This document shows positions 1-9,533 of a stretch of DNA of 64,000 bases, piece by piece. Source of the DNA: a virus; the IMG/VR virus record IMGVR_UViG_3300035138_000114; one strand, given 5' to 3'. The first letter of the stretch is position 1. Each line of letters starts with the position of its first letter. The position numbers and the translations under genes are program-made. The notes below the pieces were generated by a model. It was not told the origin of the DNA, made no database searches, and worked only from the letters and a program-made list of their open reading frames with translations.

Positions 1-7
1 AATATGT

Positions 8-898
8 TCATACTAACTCAAAAAACTCAAATACTTCGTCATTCGGGGGAATTTTGAATTTATCAAAAGGATATTGGTTAAACCATTCTTTCGCTTTGTC
101 CTGATATAAGGCAAAGTAATATTCTAATCGTGTTATTTTATAGTCTTTTTCTCCTTTACGGGTATATCGCCGTAAAGGAATGAAAAAAATTGCTTGTACT
201 TCTTCATATAGCATCGTTGGAACTATACCGACATGATGGTCGTAGAATACTTGTTGTCCTTCCCCTCCGAATTGTTTATTTTTGTCATCTCCCCACACAA
301 ACTTCCCTGTATATGTAGGGTTTTGCAAGATTCTATGGATTGCCTTATAGGATTTTGGGAACACTTGAGTCAAATCCTCAATCGTAAATCTTCCAGGAAT
401 ATCCTTATCTTGGAAGCCTTTTGAAAACGTCGCAAAGAGAGCTAACACTTTAACTGCGGCATTATAATCAGGAGTGATCTCTCCGCATTCACGGGTATAT
501 CCGTAAGCGACTCTTCCGGGAGTCTTCCCTTCTTTTACAGCATATAATTGACCATTATGAAGTGTCAATTTTTGGCTAATTGTTTTTATGCTTAAAGTTG
601 ATGAGTTGCTTGTTTTCGATTGATTTAAATTCGTTATATTCGATTGTGTTAAGTTCTCTATGAAAAACATCAAATCTGGTTCGGGCCTGAACCATTCACC
701 ACAAATATTAAAGTGTCCAAATTTCTGATGGAAATATGTCTCTATTTCCGCTGTCCCTTTTAATTGCTTTAATAACACCAAAGGCTCAGATGCCCCTGTT
801 TGTAATGATTTTAATCTTTTATTAGGAGATGCACTTATTCCGATTTTTATGTTTTTTGTGTATGTCCCTTGAATAAAATATACGTAATTTGTCTCCAT
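8..898 (-). CDS. T5orf172/GIY-YIG-like N-terminal domain fused to a serine-recombinase 'Recombinase' DNA-binding-like domain
   Basis: N-term YVYFIQ..KIGIS..P.KRLKSLQTG..E..FH..F..GEWF; C-term PGRVAYGY...IHRILQNPTYTG, typical of large serine recombinase C-terminal domains; no catalytic resolvase domain. Confidence 0.55.
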   Translation of the reverse strand: METNYVYFIQGTYTKNIKIGISASPNKRLKSLQTGASEPLVLLKQLKGTAEIETYFHQKFGHFNICGEWFRPEPDLMFFIENLTQSNITNLNQSKTSNSSTLSIKTISQKLTLHNGQLYAVKEGKTPGRVAYGYTRECGEITPDYNAAVKVLALFATFSKGFQDKDIPGRFTIEDLTQVFPKSYKAIHRILQNPTYTGKFVWGDDKNKQFGGEGQQVFYDHHVGIVPTMLYEEVQAIFFIPLRRYTRKGEKDYKITRLEYYFALYQDKAKEWFNQYPFDKFKIPPNDEVFEFFELV

Positions 899-1146
899 AG
901 AATCTATGGATAAATTTATTTACATATATTGTCAAGTATTGTCAAGAAATATTTTTATTATTTTTACAAGAGTCTGTAAGTAATGTATTAACAACAACTT
1001 ACAAGATATATGTTTAAAAATAAAAAAAATTCTTGACATTTAACCTATTAATATTTTAGAGTGTTCTTTGTCTTTTCGCAGTATTCTTCCTCCCGATAAC
1101 GATTTAAACACGGGAGATTTAACCACTCCAACAACAGGAGGAGCTT

Positions 1147-2115
1147 ATGTCAGAATATAAACGAATACCATTTGTCCTTAGCGAGGAGACCCGCAAGGTA
1201 CTTGATGCCTATAGTCGGGATTTTGAGCAAGGACTTCCGGCATTACAAGAATTACTCCAATCTGAGCAAGGCGTTATTGAGACCGTCAACTGGGTCAGAG
1301 AGATTGAAACGTTAATTGCCGGAAACAGATTGCAAGTAAAAGCACTACAACAGCTAAATACCCTTTATGAGGGGCGTACCGTAAAAGGAGTCAAACAATT
1401 GGGGATTTTTGACAGACTAAGGAAAGAGATTACGTATGCCCTGGATCATCACCATGACGGGCAAATTTCGATTGATGAAAAGAATTATTTGCTTGCCAAA
1501 TATCGCCCTGAATGGGTTGAAATCACCGATTCTGATGTTATTCCCGCCATTATGAAACAAATCACCGTCAAAATTACCATGCCGTATTTTGTCTATGAAG
1601 CCTTCAATAAATTATTAGAAGAGATCAAGCGGAAATTGGGGGATTCCCCGTATGTCCAGTCGTTTTTTCCAGAAGGTGAAGGTCTCAGAGTGACTTTAAA
1701 GAATTTCTTTAAAAAAACAAACGTGGATAAGCTTTTAACGGTCAAAGACGGTGAAGTTACGGTAATCAAAAATTTAGTCGGCGGTATCTTAAAAATCGGG
1801 GGAGAAATCGAAGGGGCGATATATCATGAAGATGAAGAAAGCAACCGCACTACCGAATATAAATACCCGAAATTTGAAGACTTAGAACACTTGCCAGCGC
1901 AGGCTCCCACAGGTTTCCTGAAATCAGGCGAAGCATATGACATTGTAATTCGCTCAACTGACGGGAATGAAAAGTTTACCATTGTTAAAAACACAGTGTT
2001 TGAACTTGATGAAGGCGAAAACGGTTCTTTTGCTCAGGCGAGTCCTGACGGACCTGTGTTTTATCCGCGCAATTCTGCCGTTGCATGGGAACTTCGCTGT
2101 CGCACGGACATATAA
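1147..2115 (+). CDS. hypothetical protein
   Basis: 322 aa ORF with AGGAGGAG RBS upstream. Confidence 0.6.
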   Translation: MSEYKRIPFVLSEETRKVLDAYSRDFEQGLPALQELLQSEQGVIETVNWVREIETLIAGNRLQVKALQQLNTLYEGRTVKGVKQLGIFDRLRKEITYALDHHHDGQISIDEKNYLLAKYRPEWVEITDSDVIPAIMKQITVKITMPYFVYEAFNKLLEEIKRKLGDSPYVQSFFPEGEGLRVTLKNFFKKTNVDKLLTVKDGEVTVIKNLVGGILKIGGEIEGAIYHEDEESNRTTEYKYPKFEDLEHLPAQAPTGFLKSGEAYDIVIRSTDGNEKFTIVKNTVFELDEGENGSFAQASPDGPVFYPRNSAVAWELRCRTDI

Positions 2116-2142
2116 GATTGAAAACATCTCAAATTATCCGTG

Positions 2143-2274
2143 TCGGCGTGAAGACGCGCCAATTCGATACAGGTACGGGCACTCCGCGAGGACGTTCCCA
2201 CTTGCGGACCCTGTCACCCCTGTACCGAGGTCAGGGAACCGTACTCCCCACAGGTTGGGGAGCCTTATAGGACT
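2143..2274 (+). ncRNA. structured repeat element R1, copy 1
   Basis: Near-identical to 3283-3407, 9094-9240 and 24714-24861(-); covarying stems. Confidence 0.55.
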
Positions 2275-2366
2275 CTGGAATATTCCGCTCACTATTAGTG
2301 AGCATAATTCTAATTAAGAAACAACGGGAACTCTCTCATTGTTTCTTCAAACTAAGGAGCGTTATT

Positions 2367-3269
2367 ATGTCTGGACCAATACCCGTAGCACGGGGTTGTG
2401 GTGAAAGATACGGAGGAATTTATTTAGGTTGCGGGCTTTCTCCGTTCGGATTGCCGTGGAATTATTTCATTGTAGATCCGCCGCTGCCGATCCCCGAAAA
2501 AGATTCACTTATGATATTCCCGCCCGATACTGAGCCAGTTAGCCTACAAAAACGAGGTCAACTCCTTTTTCAAGTCAATCCCGACAAAGAAGATGAACCA
2601 TACCATGTTCTGGACTGGATCGGAGAAGAGCATTACCAGAATGTGGCAGACTTCATAGAAGAAGGTAAACGTTTTGGCATCTCACGGCGGGCAAGTGATA
2701 ATCTTGACTTTTCCAAATTAACCAAAAATAGCCGACTTTTACTTGTCCATCGCCGGGCTTTTATCCTTGAACCAGACGGTGGGGAAGGTTGGTTGAGAGC
2801 AAACTATGAAACCTGGAAATGTCCGTTACCAGAGAAGAAAGACCCGCGAGGCATCTTACCCCCATTAGAAGAAGTATTGGCGATTAAAGAGCGCCACAAA
2901 CCAGAGAACTTTCAACAGCTTAGAGACGGGGAATCTGCCGATTTTTGCGCCGGGCTCTGGTGGGAAGATATTCTTGGCGGGACTCTTATCGCTCTTACCG
3001 AAGTTGACGAGGATAACGGAGATGAACAGGAATTGAAAGAAGTTAATCCTCGGTCAGTTATGCGATCCATGCCTTCGTTTACATACTGGGGAAGGGGACA
3101 ACCTGAGCTTGAGGAACCGCCTATTTATATTCCCGCTGTTTTTGCTTCGTTCCCGATTACGCAGGTAGATGTGGTCAAAGACAAGAATAAAGGGAATGAG
3201 GCGGACGAGAAACGAGTAAACGCTGCTAACCAACAAACCGACATCCCGGTTGTGGTCTGTGAAGAGTAA
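2367..3269 (+). CDS. hypothetical protein
   Basis: AAGGAG RBS then ATG at 2367; long ORF. Confidence 0.6.
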   Translation: MSGPIPVARGCGERYGGIYLGCGLSPFGLPWNYFIVDPPLPIPEKDSLMIFPPDTEPVSLQKRGQLLFQVNPDKEDEPYHVLDWIGEEHYQNVADFIEEGKRFGISRRASDNLDFSKLTKNSRLLLVHRRAFILEPDGGEGWLRANYETWKCPLPEKKDPRGILPPLEEVLAIKERHKPENFQQLRDGESADFCAGLWWEDILGGTLIALTEVDEDNGDEQELKEVNPRSVMRSMPSFTYWGRGQPELEEPPIYIPAVFASFPITQVDVVKDKNKGNEADEKRVNAANQQTDIPVVVCEE

Positions 3270-3282
3270 TCCGCTTATCGGG

Positions 3283-3407
3283 ATAAGGACGTGCCGTATG
3301 GATGCAGGTATTGACACCCTGCGAGGACGGTCCCACTTGCAGGCCCTGTCACCCTTGTATCCAGGTCAGGGAACCGTACTCCCCACAGGATGGGGAGCCT
3401 TACAGGG
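3283..3407 (+). ncRNA. structured repeat element R1, copy 2
   Basis: GCGAGGACGGTCCCACTTGC...GGTCAGGGAACCGTACTCCCCACAGGATGGGGAGCCTTACAGG core. Confidence 0.55.
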
Positions 3408-3484
3408 CTTATTGTGATACATCAACCGACAGATAACGAATATAAGGAATTTAACGGATTACATTGCCATCAGTTACAGGACCT

Positions 3485-3665
3485 GTCGAAAGAAAGCCCC
3501 TTCTATGGCTTTAGCCAAGGGATGAATTTCGACAAAAATTTCTTGATTTTTTAAAAGCGTTGGGGCGTCAACGCATTGGGTAAGGCGGTGTTAGACATCC
3601 ATTGAGTGAGGCAACCGCTGCTTGACCCCAGAATCCCAGGTGCTTCAGCCCTGGGAGTACGTCAA
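3485..3665 (+). mobile_element. non-autonomous IS200/IS605-family mini element (left-end and right-end hairpins, no ORF)
   Basis: Left end AAGCCCCTTCTATGGCTTTAGCCAAGGGATGAAT; right end GAATCCCAGGTGCTTCAGCCCTGGGAGTACGTCAA, typical IS605/tnpB right end finishing in TCAA. Confidence 0.65.
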
Positions 3666-3804
3666 GGATGCTAATATTAATGTGGAGTTAGCTTATAAAA
3701 TTTATACTGCAAGGAGCCGAGGTCGGAAGTGGGTGGCGGGTTAAGAACGTTGAAAAGATACCCAAAGAGGGTGAAAGTCCCGTTTTTAACAGTAGGCTCC
3801 GCAC

Positions 3805-4101
3805 TTGAGGAATAATGATATGGATTTAGTCAACAAAGAATTAACGGTTAAAACAATCGTAGAAGGGGAAATAACTGCCCATCAATTAGTGTCTATTGTT
3901 GCCGCTCAAGGAGTTGACTTCGCTTTACAGTTTATAAAAGAACTTGACTTCCAGTTGGATAATGAAACGTTTTCAATACGGGCATTCCTCTATTTTTTTA
4001 AAGAGATTGAAGGAGTCTCTCCGTTATTTGAACATGGCAACGTTGTCCCTGTTGAAGGGTTAGAAGAGACATGGGAAACATTAAAAAGCTTACTGTCGTG
4101 A
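3805..4101 (+). CDS. hypothetical protein
   Basis: 98 aa ORF ending just before an attC-like site. Confidence 0.45.
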   Translation: MRNNDMDLVNKELTVKTIVEGEITAHQLVSIVAAQGVDFALQFIKELDFQLDNETFSIRAFLYFFKEIEGVSPLFEHGNVVPVEGLEETWETLKSLLS

Positions 4102-4110
4102 ACTGCCTAA

Positions 4111-4235
4111 ACTTAACGTTTCAGGCTTCCTGCTTCATGGTCGGCCACCTGTCCGAAGACATGAACTTTACCAACTCCACAGGCGTTATCGGTTCGGGCT
4201 GTTCCGGTCCTACTGTGTAAAACAACATGTTACAC
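4111..4235 (+). repeat. attC-like site (4098-4232 duplicated at 58098-58232)
   Basis: R'' ACTTAAC ... R' GTTACAC; identity with the 58 kb copy ends at the GTTA box; internal L-box pairing is weak. Confidence 0.55.
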
Positions 4236-4254
4236 CGCTTGGGAAAAGTAGTCT

Positions 4255-5154
4255 ATGAGTTGGGCAAAAGGGCCGGTCAAATGGATAGAGAAACGGGTTG
4301 TGTATATCTCAATCCCGTTTACGTGGAATCTGCCAGACGTGCGTTTGTTCTTGCTGCAAAAGTCGTTCATGTGGGATCGTGCGATGGTTGGTGGCCCGGC
4401 TGTCTACTTAATGCCTGATTTTTTTGCAGACTTGCAACATGTTCGCATCGGGCGCAGTATGCCGGGAGTACTACAACGGGCAAACCCACAGGCCACACGT
4501 ACAACGGCAGGCTGCCCGAATAAATGCGGGTTCTGCGGCGTGAAGCGCATCAACGGCGATTTTGTAGAATTGGAAGATTGGCCGGATCTGCCTGTGCTGA
4601 TAGATGACAATGTATTTGCGGCAAGCCAGCGACACTTCGACAAAGTCATTGACAGGCTTTCCAAACACCTGACGCCAATCACGAAGAAAGGCCACACTGT
4701 AGACTTTAACCAGGGCGTTGACAGTCGGTTGCTTTCAGAATATCACGCGGAGCGCATCGCAGGACTCAAGAAACCCATGATCAGGCTTGCACTTGATAGC
4801 ATGGCCTATGCCGATCAATGGCTGAAAGCGGTTGACTTGCTGCGAAGTGCCGGAGTTGCAAAAGGCAATATTCGGAGCTATGCGCTTGTGGGGTTTAATT
4901 CCGATCCGGCGGAGGCATGGGAGCGTTGCGAATTTGTCGAGAAGCATGTTGACAAGGTTCTGCCGATGTGGTTTCATCCTTTAGACGCCTTGCAAAGCAA
5001 TCAAGTCACGCTTACGCAGAATTCTTTCGGCTGGTCGAAATTTGAACGCCGTAAACTGATGGAGTGGTATTATAAACATAAACGGTTGCAAGCCGGTGTA
5101 ACAATTGCGTGCAAACGACCAAACCCGCGCCGCGAGGTTTTGGTGTTATCATAA
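4255..5154 (+). CDS. radical SAM protein (gene cassette)
   Basis: CxxxCxxC motif GCPNKCGFC; DDN and DFNQG motifs. Confidence 0.75.
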   Translation: MSWAKGPVKWIEKRVVYISIPFTWNLPDVRLFLLQKSFMWDRAMVGGPAVYLMPDFFADLQHVRIGRSMPGVLQRANPQATRTTAGCPNKCGFCGVKRINGDFVELEDWPDLPVLIDDNVFAASQRHFDKVIDRLSKHLTPITKKGHTVDFNQGVDSRLLSEYHAERIAGLKKPMIRLALDSMAYADQWLKAVDLLRSAGVAKGNIRSYALVGFNSDPAEAWERCEFVEKHVDKVLPMWFHPLDALQSNQVTLTQNSFGWSKFERRKLMEWYYKHKRLQAGVTIACKRPNPRREVLVLS

Positions 5155-5199
5155 ACAGCGTACAGGCGCGTGTTTGGCGTCTGACGCATAGCGTTATGC
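5096..5199 (+). repeat. attC site
   Basis: R'' GTGTAAC, L'' TGCGTGCAAAC / L' GTCTGACGCA with extrahelical G, R' GTTATGC. Confidence 0.7.
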
Positions 5200-5226
5200 A
5201 GTGTAGTAAAAAGGGGAACGAATAAA

Positions 5227-5445
5227 ATGACATCTGCTTTTGAGGATATGTTGACAACTCTCATTGAAGAGGGATACGCTATAAAAATAGAACGTGGGGA
5301 ATATATCGGGGAAGACGACTTTGGCGAATCATTTGGGCATGAAATTAAAATTACGGCGTCAAATAATAATGGTTTTGCGGAGTCGGCTGAAGGTATTAAT
5401 TTAACAGATACAATGCAAGATGTTTACTCAATGGTTCCTGAGTAA
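5227..5445 (+). CDS. hypothetical protein
   Basis: ATG shortly after the attC R' box with AAGGGG RBS. Confidence 0.5.
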   Translation: MTSAFEDMLTTLIEEGYAIKIERGEYIGEDDFGESFGHEIKITASNNNGFAESAEGINLTDTMQDVYSMVPE

Positions 5446-5694
5446 TTGCATAATAATTCTAGTTATGCGGTTTTCAACGAAGGTGCAAAAGTGAAAGAAA
5501 AGCGGTGGAATAAGAACGATACGTTCCCCTGGGGCAAGCACAAAGGGGAAACGTTAATCAGTGTCATGCTTCACGATGTCAGATACATTACATGGTGTAT
5601 TGAAAATGTTGCCGGTTTTGTCCTCGACAATGAATCTTACGAAACTTATGAAGCTTTTGCGGATACACCGTATTTAAATTCACACTTGAGGTAA
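5446..5694 (+). CDS. small protein with PWGKHKG motif (DUF3820/exonuclease X C-terminal-like)
   Basis: FPWGKHKGETL....D.RYI.WC motif. Confidence 0.45.
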   Translation: MHNNSSYAVFNEGAKVKEKRWNKNDTFPWGKHKGETLISVMLHDVRYITWCIENVAGFVLDNESYETYEAFADTPYLNSHLR

Positions 5695-5898
5695 ATTTAA
5701 AATAAATTATTTTTTTCTTGACAAATACTCATAAAATACTCATATTGTGAGTATGGAAACTAAAAAACGTATTCAAGGTGATTTGACAGAAAAAGAAATT
5801 CAAACCTGGAAATCTCAAATGAGAAAGGACGGGTTTGAAAAATTTTGGACTTGGATTTGTTGGGTAGTTCGTCAACATATCAACAAGGGGGAATAATC

Positions 5899-6159
5899 AT
5901 GAGCATTAAAAAAGAAGTAACAATCAGTTTTGAATGGTGGACTGATGACCATGGGTGGACTGATGACCATGACAATGAAGAAATCAAACAGAATCACGCG
6001 GAAGCCCTCGAAGAAACTGCAATGGAAAAAATTATCTCTATGATGAAAGAAGGGTTTACGTCAGGAGAACTTGAAGATAATATCAATATGGATGACGACG
6101 ATCCTGAAGAAGGTGTTGGGTATAGCGGGTGGTGGTCATTGAAATGGAAAACCGCATAA
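5899..6159 (+). CDS. acidic hypothetical protein
   Basis: ATG at 5899 after AAGGGGG; stop codon overlaps attC R''. Confidence 0.55.
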   Translation: MSIKKEVTISFEWWTDDHGWTDDHDNEEIKQNHAEALEETAMEKIISMMKEGFTSGELEDNINMDDDDPEEGVGYSGWWSLKWKTA

Positions 6160-6257
6160 CAAAAATTTGCAGTTGACGCAAACCGCGATGTCGAGTTGCG
6201 GTGGTCGCGTCAGGGCTTTCCTGGCGCGGTTTCCGCAACTGAAATTCAGCGTTAGGC
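6154..6257 (+). repeat. attC site
   Basis: R'' GCATAAC, L'' TTTGCAGTTG / L' CAACTGAAA with extrahelical G, GC-rich inner stem, R' GTTAGGC. Confidence 0.85.
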
Positions 6258-6502
6258 AGTCTTTTCCTCCCAGATATTCTTTTGTTCACAGGCGAAATTT
6301 AGATTACTTGTTCTTGGAATTTTCACCACTGTTCCGTAATGTGCTGTCAGTCCCGTGTCAAAAACTGAATTTCAGAGAGATACTCCTTGACAATTTGTCA
6401 TAAAAGTGAACGAAAGGAGTATTGAGTGTACTGTATGAATATTCTTTTATAATAATTTGTATACGTTATAGGTAATATATCGTATTAGCCAATAGCTGGT
6501 GT

Positions 6503-7654
6503 ATGGGACGAAGAAAGATAGCATTTGGGTGGTATGGAGGGAAATACGTTCATCTTGAATGGCTTTTGCCATTATTGCCGCAAGCAAAACATTATTGTGA
6601 GCCTTTTGGTGGGTCTGCTGCGGTACTACTAAACAGGGAACCATCGCCTGTGGAAACATATAATGATATTGATGGTGAAGTTGTTAATTTTTTTCGCATG
6701 CTTCGTGAGCAGAAAGAACAGCTTCTTGAAGCTATCGGTCTCACCCCGTTTTCAAGAGAGGAATTGCGGATAGCTGTCAGTAATAATGGCGGAAAAATTT
6801 CAGATGTAGAGCGAGCACGTCGGTTTTATGTTCGCGCTCGTCAGGTACGGACGGGACTAGCTCAGACGGCAAGTGAAGGACGCTGGGCACATTGCAAACT
6901 GACAAGTCGTGCTGGAATGGCCGGTGCTGTCTCACGATGGCTTGGAAGTGTTGAAGGATTGTCGGAAATCGCCCAACGGTTATTACGCGTACAAATAGAA
7001 AACGCCACAGCGATAGAGGTTATTACACGGTATGATAGCCCAGATACGCTATTTTATTGCGATCCCCCGTATGTTCATGAATCGCGGGCTGATACGAAAG
7101 CCTATGCCTTTGAAATGAGTAATGACGAACATTGTCAATTAGCCAAAATTCTTCACAACGTTCAAGGCAAAGTTGCACTTTCCGGGTATCATTGTGAACT
7201 TATGGATGATCTGTATCATGATTGGAAACATGTCGAATCACCTACCAAAAAAGCTCATTCTACCAATACGCGACCCAATAATTTGAAACAGGAACGTACA
7301 GAGGTACTGTGGATCAATTATCCGCTTGCTGGCGATTCATCAGAACTTGTTAAGAAAGTATTCGAAGACGGACATTTTAAGAATTATTCTGAAATGGCTC
7401 GTCATTTTTATCGAGATCCATCACAATTCAACCGAATAAAAACCGGAGAGCAAACAATAGGCAATCGTCAAATTCGTGAAGAGTTGGAATGGCTTATTGA
7501 AAAAGCTCTACCTGATGGACTTGGGGATGGAAAGTGTTTAGAATGTGGAGAAAAAGTAGAAGCTAATGAATACGGATATTACGGCAATCGTGCAGCAAGA
7601 TTCTATTGCCGTAAGCATCTTCATGAATATTATGCCAAAGGGGGTAAGAATTAA
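6503..7654 (+). CDS. Dam-like (D12 class) N6-adenine DNA methyltransferase with C-terminal HTH/Cys extension
   Basis: WYGGK, EPFGGSAAV, YND, YCDPPY motifs. Confidence 0.9.
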   Translation: MGRRKIAFGWYGGKYVHLEWLLPLLPQAKHYCEPFGGSAAVLLNREPSPVETYNDIDGEVVNFFRMLREQKEQLLEAIGLTPFSREELRIAVSNNGGKISDVERARRFYVRARQVRTGLAQTASEGRWAHCKLTSRAGMAGAVSRWLGSVEGLSEIAQRLLRVQIENATAIEVITRYDSPDTLFYCDPPYVHESRADTKAYAFEMSNDEHCQLAKILHNVQGKVALSGYHCELMDDLYHDWKHVESPTKKAHSTNTRPNNLKQERTEVLWINYPLAGDSSELVKKVFEDGHFKNYSEMARHFYRDPSQFNRIKTGEQTIGNRQIREELEWLIEKALPDGLGDGKCLECGEKVEANEYGYYGNRAARFYCRKHLHEYYAKGGKN

Positions 7655-7663
7655 TTATCTCCA

Positions 7664-7719
7664 CGATAACAAGCAAATTAAGCTGAGTCGAGGGACGCGG
7701 CTTAATTTGAACATTGTAC
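7664..7719 (+). repeat. degenerate attC site
   Basis: CGATAAC-AAG-CAAATTAAGC...GCTTAATTTG-AAC-ATTGTAC; R' lacks the G of GTT. Confidence 0.45.
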
Positions 7720-7870
7720 ATGTCATCAAGTTTTGTGGCAGCATTAAGTTGGGAGCCTTCGTTGGGCGCGTGAGCGCGGGCGTTATATTGACAAGAGCGT
7801 GGTTGCCGCGTTCGTCCTTAAGCATAGCAAAAGATAGAAAGCTTGTCAAGTTTTTATATCAACTTGTTGA

Positions 7871-8686
7871 ATGGATATGAAAAAAGACTTTGCGTCACAA
7901 AGAAAAGGATTTGGAGTACAGGAATGGGCAGAGTATAGAATGAACTTCCAAACAGGCTGTAGACATGGTTGCGTCTATTGTTACGCCCGTGAACAGGCAA
8001 TCCGATTTAAATGGATTTCTACATGGGAAGAATGGGAGACCCCGAAAATCCGGGAAAATGCTCTCAAGAAAAAATTTGGGAAACGGCAAGGCGTTACCAT
8101 GATGCCGACAACCCACGATATTACGCCCGAGAACTGGAAGACCTTCAAGACAATCTTAATCCGACTCCTTACTCCGGGGAATAACGTTTTATTAGTTACG
8201 AAGCCACATCTTTCCTGTATGCGGGAACTGGCAAATTGTTTCGGGCCATATCGGGAGAACCTCTTGATCCGGATTACATTAGGCACTACTGATGATACCA
8301 TAAGAGAAGTATTGGAGCCAAATGCCCCAAGTGTAGGCGAACGGCTTGAGGCATTACGATGGCTTTTTGAAGAACGGTTCAGGACATCCGTGTCATGTGA
8401 ACCGTTATTAGGAGACTCTGCGACATTTAAAGCCATTGTGGAGGCTGTTAAAGCGTATGTAACGGACGATGTTTGGGTTGGATTTATGAATAACCCAACC
8501 AGACGTATTCGGAAAGACCTGTTAAAGGACGAAACGGTTAAACAGGTCTTATCACATATTACACCAGACAAAATTAAAGATACCATCGAAGGAATCCTAT
8601 TGTTGCGGGCGGAGTATGATGCTTTACATAATCCCTCGGTGACAATACGATTAAAAGAGAGTATCACACGTCAGTTGCCTTTATAA
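7871..8686 (+). CDS. radical SAM protein (SplB/DUF5131-like)
   Basis: GCRHGCVYCYA motif; LEP.AP....R..AL and SCEP motifs. Confidence 0.75.
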   Translation: MDMKKDFASQRKGFGVQEWAEYRMNFQTGCRHGCVYCYAREQAIRFKWISTWEEWETPKIRENALKKKFGKRQGVTMMPTTHDITPENWKTFKTILIRLLTPGNNVLLVTKPHLSCMRELANCFGPYRENLLIRITLGTTDDTIREVLEPNAPSVGERLEALRWLFEERFRTSVSCEPLLGDSATFKAIVEAVKAYVTDDVWVGFMNNPTRRIRKDLLKDETVKQVLSHITPDKIKDTIEGILLLRAEYDALHNPSVTIRLKESITRQLPL

Positions 8687-8698
8687 GGAGAGTATGCT

Positions 8699-9103
8699 AT
8701 GTACCAAGCTGTAAAGTTCATTGACTTCTGCTATGCCCACAGGCTGATGGGTTATAACGGAAAATGTTGCAAACTACATGGACACAACGGAAGGCTCGAA
8801 ATTATTGTTGAAACAAAAAATCTTGACTCCTTAAGCCTTTCCGTTGATTTCAGAGACATTAAAAGGACTATGGCAAGATGGGTTGAGACGAATTTTGATC
8901 ATAAAACCATCCTGCGTCAGGACGACCCACTTGCTCCGATATTACAAGAGCACGGACAAGCTGTTACTTGTGCCGAAGAAAACCCCACAGCAGAATATTT
9001 AGCCAAATTGGCTTTTAACTACGGGAAGGAAGCAGGGTTACCTATTATCGAAATCCGGTTTTGGGAAACTTCTTCAAGTTATGTCTGCTACCGGACTTCA
9101 TAG
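8699..9103 (+). CDS. queD: 6-carboxy-5,6,7,8-tetrahydropterin synthase
   Basis: AHRL..Y.GKC..LHGHN, DF, FDH, NPTAE, WET motifs. Confidence 0.92.
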   Translation: MYQAVKFIDFCYAHRLMGYNGKCCKLHGHNGRLEIIVETKNLDSLSLSVDFRDIKRTMARWVETNFDHKTILRQDDPLAPILQEHGQAVTCAEENPTAEYLAKLAFNYGKEAGLPIIEIRFWETSSSYVCYRTS

Positions 9104-9240
9104 CCGGTTATCGGCGTGAAGACGCGCCACACGGATGCAGGTACGGACACCCTGCGAGGACGTTCCCACTTGCAGGTACGGACACCCCTGTACCCAGGTC
9201 AGGGAACCGTACTCCCCACAAGATGGGGAGCCTTACAGGA
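9094..9240 (+). ncRNA. structured repeat element R1, copy 3
   Basis: Longest copy; begins GACTTCATAGCCGGTTATCGGCGTGAAGAC, overlapping the queD stop. Confidence 0.55.
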
Positions 9241-9533
9241 TTTTTATGACAGAAGGAAACTATCTATATAGACCAATCTTTTTTGCTACAGGACGGGCGG
9301 TGATTTTTGAAGAAATACCGGGGAAAAGTGCCCAAATTGTCAAGATTAAAGCTATAGAATTTCATGATAACGGGCAGGCCACATATATCCAGCTTACGGA
9401 AGATGAAACAAAGCTCCTTTATGCCCGGCTTAAGGAGATTATCGAAAATGAATAATACCAGCAGGTTTCAATATTGGCTTTTTTCACAGAGAAAAGTCTT
9501 TCATTTGGCAAAACCTAAGGAGGACAAGACTCT

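Noticed and set aside
2143-2274. R1 as an HDV-like ribozyme, group II intron domain V or preQ1 riboswitch
   Set aside because: The P1/P3 pairings and the AGC-triad domain V stem could not be built, the TCCTCGC motif is altered in copy 4, and most copies are not linked to que genes.
2143-9240. R1 copies as DGR template/variable repeats
   Set aside because: The differences are not adenine-specific and no reverse transcriptase is in the window.
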